The notes beneath the pieces were generated by a model. That model searched no databases. It was given only the letters and a program-made list of their open reading frames with translations, and was not told the DNA's origin. Shown piece after piece: positions 28,967 to 38,469 of a stretch of DNA of 64,000 nt. The position numbers were made by a program, and so were the translations under genes. Origin of the DNA: Minisyncoccota bacterium (GTDB lineage Bacteria > Patescibacteriota > Minisyncoccia > Minisyncoccales > JAGOPM01); the NCBI GenBank assembly GCA_041651395.1, contig JBAZJI010000001.1:379920-443919 (forward strand), written 5' to 3'. Positions within the stretch are counted from its first letter, which is position 1. Every line of letters begins with the position of its first letter.

Positions 28967-30938
28967 AAAGGATTTAGAACCACAGGAAATCCTTTTAGAC
29001 TCGTTATCCATGCGCCACGAAGTGGAGATGGGCCGCTTTGAAGTACCCATTTCGCATTTTGTTTTAAGGGCGGTCATGGTAATTTTTGCTATTTGTTTTA
29101 TTGTTCTTTCAATTAGAGCTATGCAGCTGCAAATAGCCGGCTTCGGGAAATATAAAGGCCTCTCAGACCGTAACCAGTTTACTTTTAAGCAGGCGCAAGC
29201 CTCGCGCGGAGTGATGTATGACCGTAATGGTAAACAGCTGATTTACAATACTTCTAAATTTGATTTAGTTTGCGAAAAACAATTTTTTCGTGATGATTAT
29301 TTGAAGCTAATTGCCCCGCATCTAGGCAAAGACCCGGAGGATTTGAAAAAAGAAATCAAAGAGCGCGATAATACTTTGATTATTGCCAAAAATATGAACC
29401 AAGCGCAGGTAGTGGCTATGCACTTGCGTTTGGCTGAGCTGCCCGGCTGCCGGATTAATAACGACGTAACGCGTAAATACGAGGATGGGCTTTACATGAG
29501 CCACCTTATCGGTTATCGGCGCGAGGATGGCAAGGGAGATGGTTTAGAATGGCAATATAACAGCACTTTAGATCCCAAAGAGGCTAAAATTCGTATCGAG
29601 CGTAATGCTAAAAATGAGGCTGTTTCCCAGACTATTGATGCGTATCCCGAGCCGGGGCGCTCACTGGTCTTGGGCATTGATGCGGATTTGCAAAAAAAGA
29701 TAGTCGACGAATTAAGGCCCGCTCTGGAAGCCAGCGGGGCGGTTTCCGCCGCGGCTGTGGCGCTTGATCCGCGCACGGGTGAGGTTTTAGCCTTAGTGTC
29801 TTTGCCCGGGTATGATAATAACATTTTTACTTTGGGTGTAAAAAACGACGAGTGGGAAAAACTGCAACAAAACAAGTATAGCCCTTTTATGAACCGGGCA
29901 ATTTCCGGGCAGTATCCCAGCGGTTCAACAATCAAGCCCTTTGTAGCATTAGCGGCGCTAGAGAATAATATTATTAAAGAAAATACTTCTTTATATTGTC
30001 CTTTGGATATTTGTATTGCCAATAAATATTCCGGAGGGCAACAGTGTTTTGTAGATTGGAAATTCCATGGCTCAAGCAATGTTAAGCGCGCCATTGCCGA
30101 ATCGGTTAACCCATTTTTTTACATCGTTTCGGGCGGTTATCAAAATATCAAAGGAATGGGGGCGCAAAAATTTATCGATTATTTATCCAAGTTTAATTTT
30201 GGGCAAACAACAGGTATTGATTTGCCCGGCGAGCAAGAGGGGATTTTGCCCAGCCCGCAATGGAAAGAAGAAAAACTCAAGAGCCGTTGGAGCTTGGGCG
30301 ATACTTACAATATGTCTATTGGGCAGGGTTATTTGCAGGTTACACCTTTGCAGATGGCGGCCGGAGTGGGGGCTATTGCTAATGCCGGCACATATTACCG
30401 GCCCCATGTTGTCACTAAGATTGTCGACGAAGAAAAAAAGGTAATTCAGGAAATTAAGCCCGAGGTCATAAAAAGCGATATCGCACCTAGTGATTATTTA
30501 AGAATAGTGCGTGAGGGTATGCGCCAAACCGTTGTCTCGCCAGCCGGCACAGCTCATTTATTGGACTATTTGCCAACCAGCTCGGCGGCCAAAACCGGCA
30601 CTGCCCAAGTGCCCAGGCCCAATCATTATGATACGTGGATAGAAATTTTTGCCCCTTATGATAATCCCCAAATTGTTTTGGTAATTGTTGCTGAGGAAGT
30701 GCCAACCAAGAGATTTTTTATTCTGCAAACAAGCTACGATATTTTGCGTTGGTATTTTTCGCCTAAGAAAAATGCCAACGAGGCGCCAAGCAGTAGTGTG
30801 CCTGTTTTAACCACTAGCAGTAATGATGTAAATAGCACCTCAGCACAACGGCAAATACTTTTTGAAGAAATTAATGAGCTTGTCCAACAAAGGCAGCAAA
30901 CTTCCAGTATGGTCCAGGGCACAAGTACGATAAGATAA
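28929..30938 (+). CDS. mrdA: Penicillin-binding protein 2 (class B transpeptidase)
   Basis: 669 aa. SGSTIKPF (SxxK) and KTGTAQ (KTG) motifs. N-terminal TM anchor. Confidence 0.85.
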   Translation: MDSDLFVTRPHSEKDLEPQEILLDSLSMRHEVEMGRFEVPISHFVLRAVMVIFAICFIVLSIRAMQLQIAGFGKYKGLSDRNQFTFKQAQASRGVMYDRNGKQLIYNTSKFDLVCEKQFFRDDYLKLIAPHLGKDPEDLKKEIKERDNTLIIAKNMNQAQVVAMHLRLAELPGCRINNDVTRKYEDGLYMSHLIGYRREDGKGDGLEWQYNSTLDPKEAKIRIERNAKNEAVSQTIDAYPEPGRSLVLGIDADLQKKIVDELRPALEASGAVSAAAVALDPRTGEVLALVSLPGYDNNIFTLGVKNDEWEKLQQNKYSPFMNRAISGQYPSGSTIKPFVALAALENNIIKENTSLYCPLDICIANKYSGGQQCFVDWKFHGSSNVKRAIAESVNPFFYIVSGGYQNIKGMGAQKFIDYLSKFNFGQTTGIDLPGEQEGILPSPQWKEEKLKSRWSLGDTYNMSIGQGYLQVTPLQMAAGVGAIANAGTYYRPHVVTKIVDEEKKVIQEIKPEVIKSDIAPSDYLRIVREGMRQTVVSPAGTAHLLDYLPTSSAAKTGTAQVPRPNHYDTWIEIFAPYDNPQIVLVIVAEEVPTKRFFILQTSYDILRWYFSPKKNANEAPSSSVPVLTTSSNDVNSTSAQRQILFEEINELVQQRQQTSSMVQGTSTIR

Positions 30939-30968
30939 AAAAGAACCCCCTTTAGAGGGGGTTTTGTT

Positions 30969-33149
30969 TTAGATCATGCGCGACTTAAGGAAGTAATAGC
31001 CGCCATAAATAAGGATGGCTAAGCCAGTAGCGCAAAGGGCAATGATTTTTACGCTCGGGCTTGGATTGCCAAAGATAAATACTGAATTAATGGCAACCAA
31101 GTTAATGACTGTGATTTGCGTATTAAGGCTTGGTCCGGCCGTGTCTTTGAGCGGGTCTCCAACAATATCTCCGGCTACTGCAGCATTGTGGATAATTTTC
31201 CACGCAGCGTAAGCAACGTTGAATTCGTCGTCAGTGGCGAAGTCTGCTCTTTTCGGTTTCTTGCTCTCAACTACTTTTTTGGCATTATCCCAGTTTCCGC
31301 CAGCATTGGCCATAAACAAAGCCAGAACCAGACCAACGATTATTGCGCCAAGGATAAAGCCAGCAGTAGCCGAGGGGCCAAGGATGAGATAGACAAGCAG
31401 AGTAGCGACAACAGTTAGAAGAGAAGGTCCCACTAGGTTTCTCTGTGCTCCAGAAGTTGCAATGGAAATCGATGGTTTGTAGTCTGGCAAGTCCCTGAAG
31501 TTTGGTTTGCCTTCAAGGTAGTGGGGATTTTTCTGCAATTTTTCGCGAAGCTGCTGGGCAATTACATCAATCATTTTGGCGGCATTTCTTCTGACTGCCG
31601 AAATAGCGAATGCCGAGAACATGACAGGCATGCAAGCGCCGATTAAAGCGCCAGCCGCCACTTCGACTTGGAATAGGTCGGCAATCAAATCAATTTGCAG
31701 GGTCGCTTGGACTACTTCCTTGAAAGCGAACAGCAGTACAACGACAGAAATGCCCGCCAAACCGATGGCAATGCCTTTCGTGATAGCTTTTACAGTATTG
31801 CCAGCTGAATCTAAAACATCAGCGACAGCTACATGCTCTTCACAAAATCCGCCTTGTTCGGCAATGCCTTTGGCATTATCTACGATTGGCCCATATGCGT
31901 CATTAGAAACAACTATACCGACAATGGAAATCATGCCCAAAGCGGCAAAGCCTATTCCGATTACCGCCATATTAGGTCCCAACGGCGCACAAATCCAGCC
32001 AGCAGCAATTGCCGCTCCGGCAATGATGACGGTGGGAAGAATAACGCTTTGAAGCCCGGCGGTCATACCGCTTAGAAATGCAGGCGCCGACCCTTGTTCA
32101 GCGGCTTCAGCCGTATCTTTTACTGGCCGTTTTTCGCTGTCAGTGTAGTAGTCAGTGATAAAGCCGATAGCTGCGCCAGCCACTAATCCGCATACTGGAG
32201 CCAGCCAGAGCCTAAAATCAAAGCCAAGTGCCCAGACAATGATACCGGAAAATACGGCAAAGAGCGCGCAGGTCAGATAGGTTCCAGTGTTAAGCGCCTT
32301 GGTTGGATTGCCAACAATTTTCATTTTGTTGACTACCAGCACGCCAATCATGGAAGCCAGAATTCCCAGTGAGACAAATAAGACGACTAGAACAGTGAGT
32401 TTGCCCTCAGTAAGGATGACTGTGAGCAGGTTGCAAGAGATGATAGCTGCGATAAACGAATCAGCCAAATCTGCCCCCATGCCTGCGCAGTCTCCGACGT
32501 TATCTCCAACGTTGTCAGCAATTACTGCTGGATTTCGCGGATCATCTTCTGGCATATCAAAGCCGCATTTGCCGACCAAGTCCGCGGCCATATCCGCAGT
32601 CTTGGTGAATATTCCGCCTCCAAATTTAGCGAATAGGGCGGTAAGAGATGCGCCTAAGCTGAAGAATGTCAGTAATGGCTCATTATTTCCAGAAACTAGT
32701 GCAATAATGCAAATGCCTAAAAATGAAATGCCGACAGTGAGCATGCCCATCATGGCGCCTGCTCGGTAGGCGGGCCTGAAAGCCGCATTAACTCCGCTGC
32801 GCGTTTGATAAGCAGTCCTCATGTTGGCTTGAACTGCGCCCAGCATGCCGATAACGCCAGCTGCCGCCGAAGCGATGCACCCGACCAAGAACATTCCCCC
32901 GTACAAAAACCAGTCTATGTTTCCGGTAATTGGCCAAGGAGACGCGATCAGCATGGCAAAGACAAGGGCAGTGTAGGCAAGCGTGGAATACTGCTTGAGT
33001 AAAAAAATACGTGAAGATTCTTGTATCAGTTTGCCGATTTTAGCAAGAACAGAACCTCCTCGCTTGCCCCTCATCATTAGCAGATACATGTAGATTCCGC
33101 AACCGATTGCGATACATGCACCAATTACTCCATACCACCAGTAGTTCAT
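30969..33149 (-). CDS. hppA: Membrane-bound ion-translocating pyrophosphatase
   Basis: 726 aa and polytopic. ADNVGDNVGDCAGMGADL and DPLKDTAGPSLN signatures. AAAGGAGG SD. Confidence 0.9.
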   Translation of the reverse strand: MNYWWYGVIGACIAIGCGIYMYLLMMRGKRGGSVLAKIGKLIQESSRIFLLKQYSTLAYTALVFAMLIASPWPITGNIDWFLYGGMFLVGCIASAAAGVIGMLGAVQANMRTAYQTRSGVNAAFRPAYRAGAMMGMLTVGISFLGICIIALVSGNNEPLLTFFSLGASLTALFAKFGGGIFTKTADMAADLVGKCGFDMPEDDPRNPAVIADNVGDNVGDCAGMGADLADSFIAAIISCNLLTVILTEGKLTVLVVLFVSLGILASMIGVLVVNKMKIVGNPTKALNTGTYLTCALFAVFSGIIVWALGFDFRLWLAPVCGLVAGAAIGFITDYYTDSEKRPVKDTAEAAEQGSAPAFLSGMTAGLQSVILPTVIIAGAAIAAGWICAPLGPNMAVIGIGFAALGMISIVGIVVSNDAYGPIVDNAKGIAEQGGFCEEHVAVADVLDSAGNTVKAITKGIAIGLAGISVVVLLFAFKEVVQATLQIDLIADLFQVEVAAGALIGACMPVMFSAFAISAVRRNAAKMIDVIAQQLREKLQKNPHYLEGKPNFRDLPDYKPSISIATSGAQRNLVGPSLLTVVATLLVYLILGPSATAGFILGAIIVGLVLALFMANAGGNWDNAKKVVESKKPKRADFATDDEFNVAYAAWKIIHNAAVAGDIVGDPLKDTAGPSLNTQITVINLVAINSVFIFGNPSPSVKIIALCATGLAILIYGGYYFLKSRMI

Positions 33150-33337
33150 TAAACCTCCTTTAGGTTTGTATTTTCTTGTAAAAATGCGGTGTATTTCCCG
33201 CGCCCTTCATATCTTGCAATACTATATCAAGACTGTAAATATTGACTGTTTTTTAAGTTATAGTTTGATTATAATCAGTGTGGAAAGCGGAATTGACATA
33301 AGGATATTAGTCCGTATTATTATTGTGATTTAATCAC

Positions 33338-33805
33338 ATGATAAAACAGTTAACTAAGGAAGGTTTCGAAAAACTAAAGAAAGAGCTTGAGGAGTTAAAA
33401 AGTCAGCGCGTCGAGATTGCCAACCGCCTAAAGAAGGCGATTTCTTATGGTGATCTTTCGGAAAACGCCGATTACCATCAAGCTAAAGAAGACCAAAGTT
33501 TCTTGGAGGGCAGAATCGTCGACCTTGAAGAGATTTTGCGCAATGCCGTTATTATTGAAAAAATGGAAGGGGATAGGGGCTGTGTGCAAATTGGCACCAA
33601 GGTTACGGTGCAGCGCATTAAACCCAAAGCCGATGGCACGGAAGTCTATATCATTGTCGGAGCGGCCGAGGCAAATATGGCCGAAGGCAAAGTATCTTTG
33701 GAAAGTCCGCTCGGTAAAGCTTTGATGGGCAAACGTAAAGGGGATATTGCCGAATTCAATGCTCCAAAGGGTAAGATTGAATACGAAATCAAAAAAATCG
33801 ACTAA
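33338..33805 (+). CDS. greA: Transcription elongation factor GreA
   Basis: 155 aa. LTKEGFEKLKKELEELK...YGDLSENADYHQAKEDQ. Confidence 0.9.
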   Translation: MIKQLTKEGFEKLKKELEELKSQRVEIANRLKKAISYGDLSENADYHQAKEDQSFLEGRIVDLEEILRNAVIIEKMEGDRGCVQIGTKVTVQRIKPKADGTEVYIIVGAAEANMAEGKVSLESPLGKALMGKRKGDIAEFNAPKGKIEYEIKKID

Positions 33806-33985
33806 AACAAAAAGCCTTAGAAATAGGGCTTTTTTGATATAAGATACCATTGACATTTTTAGTATAAATGATATAATTAATATACAACAATGGCCGTGAA
33901 TTTGTCCAAATACCCCACAAAATGACGTGGCTGGGGCAAATAAAAACGGAAAGCAGCACGTTAAGTAAAAAATATCGGAGGTAAA

Positions 33986-34867
33986 ATGCTTGGAGGAGGA
34001 CTTTCAATAATTCCAACTGTTATTGCCGCTTCCAATCTTGGCGGCGGAGTGCCTTCTGGCACTGGCGATTTTGGAGCTTCAGGGGAAAAAGGATTTTCGG
34101 CAAAGCTAAAAAAATTCAGTCCGCATTTGAAGACTCTTGAGCAAAAAGCGCTCGATTCACTAAGTGAGAGCCAGAAAGAAATATTCAGGCTGGCGGCATT
34201 TAAGCAGGATCCTTGCCTGATAGTTGATGGCGAGCTTTATAATATAGACGCCGTGAATGAATATTTTTGTCAACTATTCATTGAGTGGATCCTTGATTCG
34301 CCGCCCTGCAGTCTTATTTTGGGCGTCCGTTATCTGGAGCCATTTCTCACAAAAATTACACGTCCCTTAGGGTACACCGAAAAAGCGCAAAGATTAAAAG
34401 TGTTCGAAAAGGCGCTATCAGATGAGAATTGCAATGCATTTCTAGAATATGGCATCATTCGGACAATGGTTTCTTCCTATGAGCAGATGCACTATTCGTG
34501 CGAATGGCTAAGGAGGGGACTTATTTCCAGTGCTATAAGGTATGATTTCGAGTCGGCATTGTTTTTTGCCGAAAAACTGGCCAAGCAAGACCCGCATCAT
34601 TTACTGTATGATAAGCCGCCAGTAAATGAAATTCTGAGATGCATGGTATACGAAAAAAATCCGATCGGCAAGGATACTAGGTTGTATCACATACCAAACG
34701 AGAATTTTTTAACTACTGAATGGTTGCAGAGGCTCCTTGTACTAAAGCCGGACCGAGAAGAGTTGTTTGAAATGTACGGAGAATGGTATTATTCACTTTC
34801 AGATGAGTATCGTCAAATCATTTCTCGATATCTGGGAATTCCAGCAAATATCCCTCCAGAAAGTTGA
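33986..34867 (+). CDS. Hypothetical protein
   Basis: 293 aa. GGAGG SD. TTGACA-N16-TATAAT promoter at about 33853-33880. No recognisable motif. Confidence 0.5.
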   Translation: MLGGGLSIIPTVIAASNLGGGVPSGTGDFGASGEKGFSAKLKKFSPHLKTLEQKALDSLSESQKEIFRLAAFKQDPCLIVDGELYNIDAVNEYFCQLFIEWILDSPPCSLILGVRYLEPFLTKITRPLGYTEKAQRLKVFEKALSDENCNAFLEYGIIRTMVSSYEQMHYSCEWLRRGLISSAIRYDFESALFFAEKLAKQDPHHLLYDKPPVNEILRCMVYEKNPIGKDTRLYHIPNENFLTTEWLQRLLVLKPDREELFEMYGEWYYSLSDEYRQIISRYLGIPANIPPES

Positions 34868-34958
34868 GTATAGTTTTCAAAATACGCTGCTTCAAAAAAA
34901 GCAGCTTTTTATTTTTGACATTTTATGTAATAAATTGTATTGTTAGTTTGATATTATT

Positions 34959-36416
34959 ATGCCTTCGATCGAAGAAATTCGCGAAAATCGCCTAAAAAAA
35001 CTGCAAAAAATCAAGTCTTTGGGAATTGATGCTTTTCCTATTGAGTCTAAACGTACGCACTCCGTTGCCGATACACTTAAGAATTTCAAAAAACTCGAGG
35101 CTTCAAAAAAACAAGTTGTTTTGGCCGGGAGAATAATGGCTAGCCGCAGTTTCGGGGCCTTGGCTTTCATAAAATTCGAGGATCCCAGCGGGAAGTTTCA
35201 AGCGGTTTTCCGCAAAGAAGGCATGGGGGAAAAAGCCTTTGACCAATTTTTCGAATTAGTCGATATCGGGGATTTTTGCGAATTCAAAGGGCAAATAGTG
35301 GAAACAAAAACCGGAGAAAAATCTATTGATGTGCAATCTTGGAAAATTTTGGCAAAGGGCTTAATGCCCATGCCGGAGAAATGGCATGGCTTGCAGGATT
35401 TGGAAGAAAGATATCGCAAGAGGTATTTGGATTTACTATTTAATCCTGAAGTCAAAGAAAAGTTTGCCATGCGCTCACAAATAATTGCTTTAATTCGTGA
35501 ATTTATGGGTAAGCAGGGCTTTATGGAAGTGGAAACGCCTATTTTGCAGCCCCTATACGGTGGCGCCAAAGCTAAGCCGTTCAAAACCCACATCAATGCC
35601 TTTGATTTGGATATATTTTTGCGCGTTGCCCCGGAACTTTACTTAAAACGCTTGATAATTGGTGGATACGAAAAGGTTTATGAAATCGGCAAGGCCTTCC
35701 GCAATGAGGGGGTGGACAAATACCATAATCCTGATTTTACCATCATGGAATATTATTGGGCTTATGCCGATTATCGCGACATGATGAAAATGACTGAGAA
35801 GATGTTTGCTTTCTTGACCAAGAAAATTTTTAACTCGTCCAAAATAAAAATTGGCGAGCATGAAATTGAATTCAAGGCTCCTTGGACACGCATTGAGTTC
35901 CGCGATCTTTTGCAAAAATACGCCAAAATTGATTACGATTTGTATGATGCCAAGGGTTTGGCCGAGCAAGCCAAGAAATTAGGCGTAGAGATCGAAAAGG
36001 GAGCGGGGAAGGCTGAAATTGCCGATGAGATTTATAAAAAATTCTGCCGCCCCAATTTAATCAATCCAACCTTTATTATTCATCACCCACTGGGCTTCCA
36101 ACCATTAGCCAAAGCCAAAGATGATAAGCATTTGGCCAATTTCCAAGTTGTTTTGGCCGGAACGGAAATTATCAATGCCTTTTCCGAGCTCAACGACCCG
36201 ATCGAGCAAAGAAAAAGATTTGAGCAGCAGGCCGAACTTTTCAAACAAGGCTTTTCTGAAGCTCAACAAAATGATGTGGAGTTTGTGGAAGCCTTGGAAC
36301 ATGGTATGCCCCCCAGTGCCGGCTTTGGTCTGGGTGTAGATAGGTTGATAATGCTTTTAACTAACTCCACCAATCTACGCGATGCTATTTTGTTCCCGTT
36401 GATGAAACCTAGATAA
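34959..36416 (+). CDS. lysS: Lysine--tRNA ligase (class II)
   Basis: 485 aa. OB-fold N-terminus, FRNEG motif 2 region, and GFGLGVDRLIMLLT motif 3. Confidence 0.9.
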   Translation: MPSIEEIRENRLKKLQKIKSLGIDAFPIESKRTHSVADTLKNFKKLEASKKQVVLAGRIMASRSFGALAFIKFEDPSGKFQAVFRKEGMGEKAFDQFFELVDIGDFCEFKGQIVETKTGEKSIDVQSWKILAKGLMPMPEKWHGLQDLEERYRKRYLDLLFNPEVKEKFAMRSQIIALIREFMGKQGFMEVETPILQPLYGGAKAKPFKTHINAFDLDIFLRVAPELYLKRLIIGGYEKVYEIGKAFRNEGVDKYHNPDFTIMEYYWAYADYRDMMKMTEKMFAFLTKKIFNSSKIKIGEHEIEFKAPWTRIEFRDLLQKYAKIDYDLYDAKGLAEQAKKLGVEIEKGAGKAEIADEIYKKFCRPNLINPTFIIHHPLGFQPLAKAKDDKHLANFQVVLAGTEIINAFSELNDPIEQRKRFEQQAELFKQGFSEAQQNDVEFVEALEHGMPPSAGFGLGVDRLIMLLTNSTNLRDAILFPLMKPR

Positions 36417-36466
36417 TCATCAAAAAGCTGCCCAGAAGGGGCAGTTTTTTTGCATGATTCATATAT

Positions 36467-36494
36467 TTGACAAAGTAATTTTTAATGCTATAAT
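36467..36494 (+). promoter_or_regulatory. Promoter TTGACA-N16-TATAAT (paralog 1)
   Basis: Consensus hexamers at 36467-36472 and 36489-36494. Confidence 0.6.
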
Positions 36495-36503
36495 TAATCA
36501 ACT

Positions 36504-36553
36504 TTAACAACATAGCGGTTTATGGCATTGCCGCAAAAGGTAAAATGCCACTG
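36504..36553 (+). promoter_or_regulatory. Conserved 5' leader RNA element, copy 1
   Basis: TTAACAAC plus a 40-nt block, AGCGGTTTATGGCATTGCCGCAAAAGGTAAAATGCCACTG, identical to 37145-37184. Pseudoknot-capable. Confidence 0.55.
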
Positions 36554-36573
36554 CAATACTTTGGAGGATTGTT

Positions 36574-37065
36574 ATGCCATTTGATACCAGAGGAGTATCT
36601 GAAAAATCAAAAATAGTAAAAGAATTTACCATTAGCGTTGACGTTAGTAAGGAATCCACTTGCAATTTTTTTTCGGGTGATTTTGTGGAAGTTGATGTAA
36701 TTAAATTGACTGCAGTATTTTGCTTCGAAGGCGGGGAGCACGCACAATTTTCCCGTATCTATAGAGATGAATACGGATATGACTTCCGAACTCTCGTTGA
36801 TGACATTGTCGGAATATACATATTGGCCACAAATAAGCCTGATGGAAAATTCTATTTTTCCAACACCGACTCTTCCAAGATCCAAATCGTTAAACAGGGA
36901 GATTGGCATGCTTCATGGGGCGTTGTATTGCACTGGAAATATGAAGGCTCTAATGAGTACGGATACATAACAGTTGAACAAGAGCCGATAGGATATCTAC
37001 TCAATCAGTCCGATCTTATGGCGCTCGGCGAAAAGCTTTATAAGAGATCAGCCAACAACAAATAG
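36574..37065 (+). CDS. Hypothetical protein (MPF-paralog 1)
   Basis: 163 aa. GGAGG SD. Shares the MPF start and the C-terminal ...DL.ALGE.L motif with 37203-37730. Own terminator. Confidence 0.55.
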   Translation: MPFDTRGVSEKSKIVKEFTISVDVSKESTCNFFSGDFVEVDVIKLTAVFCFEGGEHAQFSRIYRDEYGYDFRTLVDDIVGIYILATNKPDGKFYFSNTDSSKIQIVKQGDWHASWGVVLHWKYEGSNEYGYITVEQEPIGYLLNQSDLMALGEKLYKRSANNK

Positions 37066-37134
37066 CCCCGTTATTCGGGGCTTTTATTTTAGATTGACAA
37101 ATCACAATATTAGGTTATAATCAAAATAGTATTA

Positions 37135-37184
37135 TTAACAACCCAGCGGTTTATGGCATTGCCGCAAAAGGTAAAATGCCACTG
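37135..37184 (+). promoter_or_regulatory. Conserved 5' leader RNA element, copy 2
   Basis: Same element downstream of TTGACA (37094-37099) -N16- TATAAT (37116-37121). Confidence 0.55.
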
Positions 37185-37202
37185 TATTAATGGAAGGATA
37201 AT

Positions 37203-37730
37203 ATGCCATTTCAAGTTAAAGCTTCTTCTCATGTCATACTCAATCGGGACAAGGTCACGAGTTGCGACTTTGATATAAGTGCGGAAACCGAAAAAGTTAC
37301 AGACTGGTGCTTAAGTGACGGGGACTTAAATGATAGCGATCCCGGCGAACATATGACTTTTAATCGAGTGAAACTTAGTTTTCGTATTGTATTCCAGCTG
37401 GAAAAATATGGAAGGCTGAGTCAGGACAAAACTTATAAGTTTGACTATTCGTCAGACTCTTCAATTAAAGATTTTCTGCAGGATTATAAAGCAATATACG
37501 GATTATCCAAGGCTGCAAAGAATGCAAGTGTTGTGATATCAAAAGCCGTTTCTCCGACGATTTGGCTGACTAATTACCGCCCAAATGACATAACGTTTTA
37601 CGTTGGTATTGGTTTTATTGAAAAGGGTGATTGCAATACCCCATATCTGAATGTCGATGGAACCGGTTATTATTTGGAAAAAGAGGATCTCAAAGCTCTC
37701 GGTGAATGGTTGTTATCTAATGTTAAATAG
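37203..37730 (+). CDS. Hypothetical protein (MPF-paralog 2)
   Basis: 175 aa. A distant paralog of 36574-37065. Own terminator. Confidence 0.55.
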   Translation: MPFQVKASSHVILNRDKVTSCDFDISAETEKVTDWCLSDGDLNDSDPGEHMTFNRVKLSFRIVFQLEKYGRLSQDKTYKFDYSSDSSIKDFLQDYKAIYGLSKAAKNASVVISKAVSPTIWLTNYRPNDITFYVGIGFIEKGDCNTPYLNVDGTGYYLEKEDLKALGEWLLSNVK

Positions 37731-37862
37731 CCCCACTACCCGGGGCTTTTATTTTAGAAAATATGGGGAATAAAGGGAATTATATGAAGCTTGTATATTG
37801 ACAAATTATGTAATAATGCTATATTATACATAGCTTAAAAACTGCATATTTAGGAGGATGTT

Positions 37863-38204
37863 ATGATATTCTACGACGAACTTGGAGAGTTCATGCGCTC
37901 GGGTGGCTGGATTAATTGGCCACTGGCAATCGTCTGGCTTGTTCTAGCCGCTCTGCTGGCTGTTGTCTATTGTTTTGTGCGGCCAGAAATCGGCAAAATT
38001 GGGCAAGATATGTCGCTTAAAATCATCGGTGGATTCATTGCCTTTATCGGACTTCTCTCAACTTGGGAAGTTTGGCATAAGTTATGGGTGCTGTCGATGA
38101 TGGTGCCATTGCTTGGCCACTGCGTAGTCATATTTTTTGCCGGGGTTGCAGCAGTGATAATATTTGTTGTGACAATCGGCTTCCCTTTAACCAGAGTTAA
38201 ATAA
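37863..38204 (+). CDS. Small polytopic membrane protein
   Basis: 113 aa with 3-4 TM segments. AGGAGG SD. TTGACA promoter near 37799. Confidence 0.5.
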   Translation: MIFYDELGEFMRSGGWINWPLAIVWLVLAALLAVVYCFVRPEIGKIGQDMSLKIIGGFIAFIGLLSTWEVWHKLWVLSMMVPLLGHCVVIFFAGVAAVIIFVVTIGFPLTRVK

Positions 38205-38214
38205 GGAGGAATGA

Positions 38215-38352
38215 ATGGAAGAAACAATGGTTATGTATTTTTCGGTGTTTGATGTTGTTTTGTGGGTCTTGGTAATTGTGGTGATCTTTGCCGTCGGTTT
38301 TATGCTCGGGCGTTTTTTTGCAAAAAAGCCCATAGCTAAGACGTCAGCATAG
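38215..38352 (+). CDS. Single-TM micro-protein (45 aa)
   Basis: Not in the ORF track. AAGGAGG lies 5 nt upstream. Translation: MEETMVMYFSVFDVVLWVLVIVVIFAVGFMLGRFFAKKPIAKTSA. A terminator follows. Confidence 0.4.
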   Translation: MEETMVMYFSVFDVVLWVLVIVVIFAVGFMLGRFFAKKPIAKTSA

Positions 38353-38469
38353 TAAGTATCTCTGATTATCGATTATACCCCTTCGCTTGAAGGGGTTTTT
38401 ATTTTGCTAATTTTGACATTTCGCCAACCAAATATTAAACTATATGAAAGCTGGAAAACGGCTCATTTT

